A DNA stretch of 32,014 nt from Flavobacteriaceae bacterium (GTDB taxonomy: Bacteria; Bacteroidota; Bacteroidia; Flavobacteriales; Flavobacteriaceae), in assembly GCA_020347545.1 (NCBI GenBank), contig CP070731.1, forward strand, positions 1,238,967 through 1,270,980, written 5' to 3'. The translations under genes were made by a program, and so were the position numbers. Every line of letters begins with the position of its first letter. The first letter of the stretch is position 1. The notes beneath the pieces were generated by a model, which ran no database searches, was not told where the DNA came from, and saw only the letters and a program-made list of their open reading frames with translations. This document shows, one piece after another, positions 25,984 through 32,014 of this stretch.

Positions 25984-27324
25984 TTGATCGAAAAGTTTAA
26001 CATACACCTCAAGGAGCATTTTCCGGAAATTAAAAACAAAAAATTACTTCTTGCTGTTTCCGGTGGAATTGACAGTATGGTTTTGTTCCATTTACTGAGA
26101 AATGTCAAGGCCAGTTTTTCAGTGGCTCATTGCAATTTTCAACTAAGAAGAAATGAATCAGATCTTGATGAGAAATTTGTTCGGCAACAATCAGAAAGTT
26201 CAGGTAAACCATTTTATGTCAAAAAATTTGACACTGTGGCATATGCTTCAAAAAACAAGGTTTCGATTCAGATGGCCGCAAGAGAATTACGTTATAACTG
26301 GTTCCGTGAATTAATGAACCTAAAGGGCTATGAGTTTCTTGTTACGGCACATCAATCCGATGATAATATAGAAACTTTTCTGATCAACCTGTCCCGGGGA
26401 ACGGGTCTTGACGGCCTCTGCGGAATCCCGGACAGGAAGAACAATATTCTCCGACCCTTGTTGGTTTTTTCCAGAGAGGAAATAAGGCAATATGCAGTAA
26501 AAAACAATATTTCCTGGAGAGAGGACCGTTCCAATGTCCAAACCAAATACCTGAGAAATAAAATCAGAAAAGAGATCGTCCCCCTGCTTAAAGAGCTTCA
26601 TCCTTCCTTCGAAAATAATTTCGAACGAACCTTAACGAATTTAAAAGGGAGCAGGCTGATTCTCAATAAACATTTAGAAACGATCCTAGAAAAAGCCATT
26701 GTTCGAAAAGAGGGGTCAGGAAAAATTGTTCATTTCTCGGTAGAGTTCTTAAAAGATTTATCAGAAAATACAACCTATCTGTTCGAGTTGTTCTATCCTT
26801 ATGGCTTCTCCAATTATAAAGATCTGATCTCGCTTTTGACCGCCCAGTCCGGAAAACAAATTTTTTCAGAATCTCATCGGCTTTTAAAAGACAGGGATCA
26901 CCTGATTTTAGCACCTAGGTCAACCCATGGGAAACTAAATTTTTCAAGCGTTAAAGAAGATCAAATTGAATTAGAATCAGATCTCGTTCCTGTTTCTTTC
27001 AAAACATTAAACCCTGAAAACTACAGGTTGTCAAAAGCAGATGACGGTAAAAATACAGCCTCTTTTGATAAAGATCTGTTAACTTTTCCCCTGCATGTAA
27101 GAAAATGGGAAAAAGGCGACTACTTTTACCCACTGGGAATGAAGGGTAGAAAAAAACTAAGCAAGTTTTTTAAAGATGAAAAATACTCCCTTTTAGAAAA
27201 GGAAAATATTTGGTTACTTTGCTCCGGATCAGACATAATTTGGATCATTGGAAAAAGAATGGACGATCGTTTTAAAGTAACTGAGCAGACAAAAGAAATC
27301 TTAAAAGCAGCACTTCAATCATGA
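25984..27324 (+). CDS. tilS: tRNA(Ile)-lysidine synthase
   Basis: PP-loop AVSGGIDS, AHCNFQLR, AARELRY, TAHQSDD..ET, RPLL, WRED.SN...YLRNKIR, C-terminal GD.F.P.GM.G.KKLSKFF. Confidence 0.97.
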   Translation: MIEKFNIHLKEHFPEIKNKKLLLAVSGGIDSMVLFHLLRNVKASFSVAHCNFQLRRNESDLDEKFVRQQSESSGKPFYVKKFDTVAYASKNKVSIQMAARELRYNWFRELMNLKGYEFLVTAHQSDDNIETFLINLSRGTGLDGLCGIPDRKNNILRPLLVFSREEIRQYAVKNNISWREDRSNVQTKYLRNKIRKEIVPLLKELHPSFENNFERTLTNLKGSRLILNKHLETILEKAIVRKEGSGKIVHFSVEFLKDLSENTTYLFELFYPYGFSNYKDLISLLTAQSGKQIFSESHRLLKDRDHLILAPRSTHGKLNFSSVKEDQIELESDLVPVSFKTLNPENYRLSKADDGKNTASFDKDLLTFPLHVRKWEKGDYFYPLGMKGRKKLSKFFKDEKYSLLEKENIWLLCSGSDIIWIIGKRMDDRFKVTEQTKEILKAALQS

Positions 27325-29369
27325 ATCATATTTCAAAAATATTTCTATTCATTGTCTTCATTGGGACCATGGCAAATGCCCAGCTTCATGATCCTGTAAG
27401 TTGGGAAACTTCTGTAAAGAAAATCAATGCTTCCGAATTTGAGCTGCTTATATCAGCGGAAATTGAGGAAAGCTGGCATCTTTATTCACAAAATGTGCCG
27501 GATGGAGGGCCGATTCCAACTACTATTTCCATAAATGAGGAAAAAGGTCAGTTTCAGCTTATTGGTAAACCAACGGAAGGAAAGGGCCATGAAGAGTATG
27601 ATAATGTCTTTGAAATGGACATCAAGTATTTTGAAAATAAAGCATTATTTGTTCAGAAAATAAGGGTCCTTACAGATGAAAAAATAACCATTACCGGAGT
27701 TTTGGAGTTCATGGTTTGCGATGACACCAATTGCCTGCCTCCCACCGAGGTCGATTTAAGTTTTGAGTTGCAGGGAGTAGCAGGGGAACCCTTGGTTGAT
27801 TCGGCAGGAAGTGATGAAGACAAGGGTTTTCTTCAAAATACCTCTGAGGATGTGACAGAAATACAGGAGGCTGCCCCGTCAAATGTCAAAGCGAAAACCG
27901 ATATAAAAAAGATAACCGGTAAACCCAAAAAAGAAAAAACAAAAGGACTCTGGACGCTTTTTATATTGAGCTTTTTTGCTGGTTTTGCAGCACTTCTTAC
28001 GCCATGTGTGTTTCCAATGATTCCGATGACGGTGAGTTTCTTTACCAAACAAAGTAAGAACAAATCTGTGGGTATCAGAAACGCTATTCTTTTTGGTATA
28101 TCAATCGTATTTTTATATGTATTGTTGGGAACTGTCGTAACCTCTATTTTCGGTGCAGATTCCTTGAATGCCTTATCGACCAATGTCTGGTTTAATATTA
28201 TTTTTTTTCTGCTTTTGATCATTTTTGCGGTTTCCTTTCTTGGTGCATTTGAAATTACCTTGCCAAGTTCCTGGGGCACCAAAGTGGATTCTCAAGCTGA
28301 CAAAGGCGGTTTGATTGGCATATTTTTTATGGCACTGGCGCTTGCTATTGTCTCTTTCTCGTGTACAGGACCTATTGTAGGGACGGCTCTGGTTGCCGCT
28401 GCCGCTCAAGGTGGTGTTGCGCCGGTTATTAGCATGCTCGGGTTCTCGCTGGCCATTGCCTTGCCTTTTTCAATTTTTGCAGCCTTTCCGGGATGGATGA
28501 ATTCACTGCCAAAATCTGGTGGATGGCTCAACACCGTTAAGGTGTTTTTAGGGTTTTTAGAACTGGCTCTTGCCTTCAAGTTCCTCTCTAATGCCGATTT
28601 GGTATTACAGACTCATTTTCTGGAAAGAGAAGTATTTATTGCCATCTGGATCACTATTTTCGGAGCATTAGCCTTGTATCTCTTTGGAAAGATCAAATTA
28701 CCACATGATTCTGACCTTCAACATATTTCTGTAGGAAGATTAAGCATGGGACTTATTGTTGCGGCGTTTACGGTCTATATGATTCCCGGTCTTTGGGGCG
28801 CTCCTCTAAAACTGATCAGTGGTTTCCCTCCACCTATGCATTACAGTGAATCTTCTTATGGGGTGGGATACACAAAATTAGGTGATGCCGGTTCAGGAAC
28901 TCCAAAGGAGATTCCGGAAGGAGCACATTTGGGCCCGCATGATATCGTCGCATTTCTGGATTACGAAACAGGGGTCAACTATGCCAAGAAAGTGAATAAA
29001 CCCATTATGATAGACTTTACGGGGCATGCCTGTGTGAACTGTCGAAAAATGGAAGAACGGGTCTGGTCAGATCCCAGAGTTTTAAAAGTATTAAAAAATG
29101 ACATTGTGTTGATTTCTCTTTATGTAGATGATAAACGAGAATTACCCGAGGAAGAAAAGTATGTCTCATCGATAAACGGTAAAGAGGTGACTACTATTGG
29201 GAAGAAATGGAGTGAATTCCAGATCAACAGGTACAAAGCTAACGCCCAGCCCTATTATGTGCTCATCGATCATAAGGAAGAAAATTTAAATGAATATTCT
29301 GCCTATAATCCCGATGCCGATGATTATTTGGCTTGGCTGAAAGAGGGTATTGAAAACTTTACACCTTGA
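27321..29369 (+). CDS. dsbD: Thiol:disulfide interchange protein, DsbD family
   Basis: N-terminal domain WHLYS...CDDTNCLPP; TM domain TPCVFPMIP and FSCTGP; thioredoxin domain DFTG..CVNC; ATGA overlap with tilS. Confidence 0.93.
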   Translation: MNHISKIFLFIVFIGTMANAQLHDPVSWETSVKKINASEFELLISAEIEESWHLYSQNVPDGGPIPTTISINEEKGQFQLIGKPTEGKGHEEYDNVFEMDIKYFENKALFVQKIRVLTDEKITITGVLEFMVCDDTNCLPPTEVDLSFELQGVAGEPLVDSAGSDEDKGFLQNTSEDVTEIQEAAPSNVKAKTDIKKITGKPKKEKTKGLWTLFILSFFAGFAALLTPCVFPMIPMTVSFFTKQSKNKSVGIRNAILFGISIVFLYVLLGTVVTSIFGADSLNALSTNVWFNIIFFLLLIIFAVSFLGAFEITLPSSWGTKVDSQADKGGLIGIFFMALALAIVSFSCTGPIVGTALVAAAAQGGVAPVISMLGFSLAIALPFSIFAAFPGWMNSLPKSGGWLNTVKVFLGFLELALAFKFLSNADLVLQTHFLEREVFIAIWITIFGALALYLFGKIKLPHDSDLQHISVGRLSMGLIVAAFTVYMIPGLWGAPLKLISGFPPPMHYSESSYGVGYTKLGDAGSGTPKEIPEGAHLGPHDIVAFLDYETGVNYAKKVNKPIMIDFTGHACVNCRKMEERVWSDPRVLKVLKNDIVLISLYVDDKRELPEEEKYVSSINGKEVTTIGKKWSEFQINRYKANAQPYYVLIDHKEENLNEYSAYNPDADDYLAWLKEGIENFTP

Positions 29370-29382
29370 TTCCATTTTCATG

Positions 29383-29398
29383 TTGGTATAAATTTTGA
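29383..29398 (+). promoter_or_regulatory. Putative sigma-54 (-24/-12) promoter upstream of the DUF3108 gene
   Basis: TTGGTAT-AAATT-TTGA has the spacing of TGGCAC-N5-TTGC but carries GA at -12. Confidence 0.4.
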
Positions 29399-29465
29399 TA
29401 TAACTCGTTGCGTGGAAGTAAATGACACATACTCCATTGACCACTACTATTCGAATTTATAAACT

Positions 29466-30224
29466 ATGATAAGGTTATTTTTTCTCTTTTTTTTCTTTAC
29501 ACTGGCCTTTTATGCCCAGCCTGACACCTTATCTTTTCAGCACGGTGAATTCCTGAAATATAAGATTCAATATGGTTTATTGAATGCCGGTTTTGCAACA
29601 GTTGAACTCAAAGCAAATAATGTAAAAAGTGATACTCTTTTTCATGCTGTCGGTAAAGGTTGGACAACAGGTATGGTTGGATTTTTATTTCCTGTAGAAG
29701 ACCGCTATGAAAGTTATTTCACTGAAAATGAGCTTAAACCTAAGTTCTTTGTTCGAAAAGTCAGCGAAGGAGGTTATACCCAGGACAAGGAAATCACCTT
29801 TGACTATATAAAACATCAGGCTCAGGAGATAAATTATAAAAAAGGAACCGAAAAATCTTACTTTATCCAGAATAACATTCAGGACATGCTTTCTTCGTTT
29901 TATTACGTGAGACGTTTTAATTTCGAAAAACTAAAGGAAAAAGATTCGATTGATGTAAATATGTTTTTCGATGGTAAAATGAACCCGATAAAGATCATCG
30001 TACTCGGAAGGGAAAAAGTAAAGACCCGATATGGCAAACTGGATGCTATAAAGATCAGGCCCCTGGTACTCAAAGGAAGGGTATTCAAGGACGAAGAGAA
30101 CGTGACCCTTTGGATTAGCGATGACCACAACAAAATTCCCTTGAAAATAAAAGCTTCTTTAATTGTTGGGTCAGCAAAAGCCGAATTAGTTGAGTATAAT
30201 GGATTAGTTCATCCCTTTCCGTGA
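29466..30224 (+). CDS. DUF3108-family exported protein
   Basis: Signal peptide ending YA|Q; GE.LKY.IQYG..NAG, F.V.DRYESY, QDMLSSFYY.R, LWISDD.NKIP. Confidence 0.82.
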   Translation: MIRLFFLFFFFTLAFYAQPDTLSFQHGEFLKYKIQYGLLNAGFATVELKANNVKSDTLFHAVGKGWTTGMVGFLFPVEDRYESYFTENELKPKFFVRKVSEGGYTQDKEITFDYIKHQAQEINYKKGTEKSYFIQNNIQDMLSSFYYVRRFNFEKLKEKDSIDVNMFFDGKMNPIKIIVLGREKVKTRYGKLDAIKIRPLVLKGRVFKDEENVTLWISDDHNKIPLKIKASLIVGSAKAELVEYNGLVHPFP

Positions 30225-30265
30225 ATTTTTAACGAATCTTAGGCTTATTTATTTGTCAAAATCGA

Positions 30266-30273
30266 TAAATTTG
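30266..30273 (+). promoter_or_regulatory. -7 box for the M23 peptidase (and possibly pgi)
   Basis: TAAATTTG exact TAnnTTTG followed by CA. Confidence 0.6.
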
Positions 30274-30299
30274 CAGCGTTGTTAGAAAATAATTCAAAC

Positions 30300-31568
30300 G
30301 TGAGGAAAGGTATTGTTTTAATTCTGGGTTTATTCCTATTGATGTCTTGTCAGAAAGATCCAAAAGACGGGATTAGTGAAGAGCTCCCCAAAGAAGTAAA
30401 ACCGATTATAATTGAAGAGTTTGGATACGTTTTAAACGATTATAAGGTGATCAAGGATACCATTCAAAGAGGAGAAAGCTTCGGCGAGATCCTTGACAGG
30501 CATCATATAGAATATCCTGAAATTTACAAAATTGCAGCGGCGGCAAAAGATACTTTTGACATTCGAAAGTTAAGAGCGGGCAAACCTTATACGGTTCTCG
30601 CTAAAAATGATTCCACAGAAAGAGCTCAGGTCTTCATTTATCAACCGAACAAAGTGGAATACCTGATCGTTGACTTTACCGATTCCATTCAAACTAAATT
30701 TGGGCGAAAGGAAGTTAAAGTCGTTGAGACAACAGCTTCAGGAATTATTGAATCCTCCTTATCGGAAGCTATTGAAAGTCAAAATTTAAATTATATCCTT
30801 GCCCATGAAATGAGTGACATCTATGCATGGACCATTGATTTCTTTCATCTTCAAAAAGGAGATAAATTCAAACTCATCTATGAGGAAAAGTTTATCAATG
30901 ATACAATTCCTGTTGGCATAGGAAATATTAAGGCCGCCTATTTTGTTCACAAGGATAACCCCATTTATGCCTTTAACTTTATCACGGATTCAACCAAAAA
31001 TGTAAATGACTATTACGATGACAAGGCGAAAACCCTGAGGAGGCAATTTTTAAAATCTCCGATTAAATTCAGCAGAATTTCTTCAAGGTATAACTTAAAA
31101 AGGCGTATCAAATATTACGGTAACCGGGTCAGGGCGCATAGAGGAACTGATTTTGCCGCGAGTGTGGGAACACCTATCATGAGCACGGCTAACGGTACGG
31201 TTGTCGAATCCAGGTACAGGGGAGGCAACGGCAACTATGTCAAGGTGAAACATAATTCCACCTATAGTACGCAGTATTTGCACATGAAAAAGAGGGCCGT
31301 TAAAAAAGGTGACTATGTAAAGCAGGGAGATGTTATTGGCTATGTGGGAATGACAGGAAATACATCAGGGCCCCATGTTTGTTATCGATTCTGGAAAAAC
31401 GGAAAACAAGTTGATCCGTTCAGGCAGAAATTACCTTCAGCAGAACCTATTAAAGAACACTTAAAGGATGACTATTTTGTCTATATCGCTCCTTTAAAAG
31501 AGCAACTTGATAATGTTCCAGAACGCTATCTGGAAACAGAAGTGGCTGCCAACCTATCTACAGATTAA
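30300..31568 (+). CDS. M23-family peptidoglycan DD-endopeptidase (MepM-like lipoprotein)
   Basis: Lipobox LMS|C; FLKSP, RISSRY, HRGTDF (HxxxD), GNYVKVKH, YLHM, IGYVG.TG...GPHVCY. GTG 30300 preferred because TTG 30279 lies only 5 nt after the -7 box. Confidence 0.92.
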   Translation: MRKGIVLILGLFLLMSCQKDPKDGISEELPKEVKPIIIEEFGYVLNDYKVIKDTIQRGESFGEILDRHHIEYPEIYKIAAAAKDTFDIRKLRAGKPYTVLAKNDSTERAQVFIYQPNKVEYLIVDFTDSIQTKFGRKEVKVVETTASGIIESSLSEAIESQNLNYILAHEMSDIYAWTIDFFHLQKGDKFKLIYEEKFINDTIPVGIGNIKAAYFVHKDNPIYAFNFITDSTKNVNDYYDDKAKTLRRQFLKSPIKFSRISSRYNLKRRIKYYGNRVRAHRGTDFAASVGTPIMSTANGTVVESRYRGGNGNYVKVKHNSTYSTQYLHMKKRAVKKGDYVKQGDVIGYVGMTGNTSGPHVCYRFWKNGKQVDPFRQKLPSAEPIKEHLKDDYFVYIAPLKEQLDNVPERYLETEVAANLSTD

Positions 31569-31589
31569 AAATACTTAAAAATACAGATC

Positions 31590-32014
31590 ATGTCATTAAT
31601 TAATATCAATCCAACGAAGACCGCTTCTTGGAAAGAACTCATGAAACATTATGAAGAAACTAAAGATGTTCATATGAAATCTTTGTTTCTTGAAGACAGC
31701 AACAGAAAAGATAAAATGTCTTTGCAGTTTGAAGATCTCAATCTTGATTTTTCAAAAAACCGGATGACAGAGAAGACCATGACATTGCTGGTGGAACTTG
31801 CAAAAGAATGTAAGCTTGAGGATGCTATTGAAAAATACTTCGGAGGAGATAAAATAAATGAAACAGAAAACAGGGCCGTTTTACACACGGCATTGAGAAA
31901 TAAAGGCGCGAACCCTGTCCTTGTGGATGGTAAGGATGTGATGCCTGAGGTCAATGATACACTGAACAAAATAGAAGCCTTTACTGAGGATGTAGTAAAC
32001 GGTCATTTTAAAGG
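31590..32014 (+). CDS. pgi: Glucose-6-phosphate isomerase, 5' part (runs off the window; absent from the ORF track)
   Basis: Own translation from ATG 31590: MSLININPTKTASWKEL...LDFSKNR...FGGDKINETENRAVLHTALRN...VDGKDVMPEV. Confidence 0.96.
   Translation, partial: MSLININPTKTASWKELMKHYEETKDVHMKSLFLEDSNRKDKMSLQFEDLNLDFSKNRMTEKTMTLLVELAKECKLEDAIEKYFGGDKINETENRAVLHTALRNKGANPVLVDGKDVMPEVNDTLNKIEAFTEDVVNGHFK

Noticed and set aside
27833-28409. 149-aa and 78-aa minus-strand ORFs (and the other 60-130 aa nested ORFs in the track)
   Set aside because: Lie within strongly supported genes on the opposite strand or in another frame, with no recognisable motifs
31670-31969. 99-aa minus-strand ORF at the window end
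   Set aside because: Antisense to pgi, which the track missed because it has no stop in the window
1-32014. CRISPR arrays, tRNA/rRNA, IS/transposase, integrase, prophage or defence genes
   Set aside because: No regularly spaced repeats, cloverleaf-like segments or matching protein motifs seen; the spacers are short and almost all sequence is assigned to recognisable genes

Overview
AT-rich, gene-dense chromosomal segment of a Bacteroidota bacterium, most likely Flavobacteriaceae. The evidence is several exact TAnnTTTG -7 promoter boxes, signal peptides cleaved before Gln, and family-typical gene content. It holds about 30 CDSs, mostly housekeeping or envelope genes: EEP nuclease, mmuM, radA, lpxH, queD, kbl, dprA, HU/SPOR protein, acyl-CoA thioesterase, fructosamine kinase, envC-like, DUF4292, TPR protein, nucleotidyltransferase, comEC, MATE, lpxB, surE, prc, tilS, dsbD, DUF3108, M23 peptidase and the 5' part of pgi. 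I found no rRNA, tRNA, CRISPR array, transposase, integrase or phage gene. The most notable observation is in comEC, the DNA-uptake channel gene. Its family-like N-terminus lies in a different reading frame from the gene body, and the two frames meet exactly at a T9 homopolymer (18766-18774); one extra T restores a 678-aa protein. This is either a slippage/phase-variation switch on natural competence or a homopolymer sequencing error. Other leads are an exported tandem DUF302-like protein, an exported DUF695/RraB-like protein coupled to mmuM, an acidic repeat insert in Prc, an HxC-type M23 peptidase and a palindrome-rich intergenic segment. All family calls come from motif recognition by eye; no database search was run.
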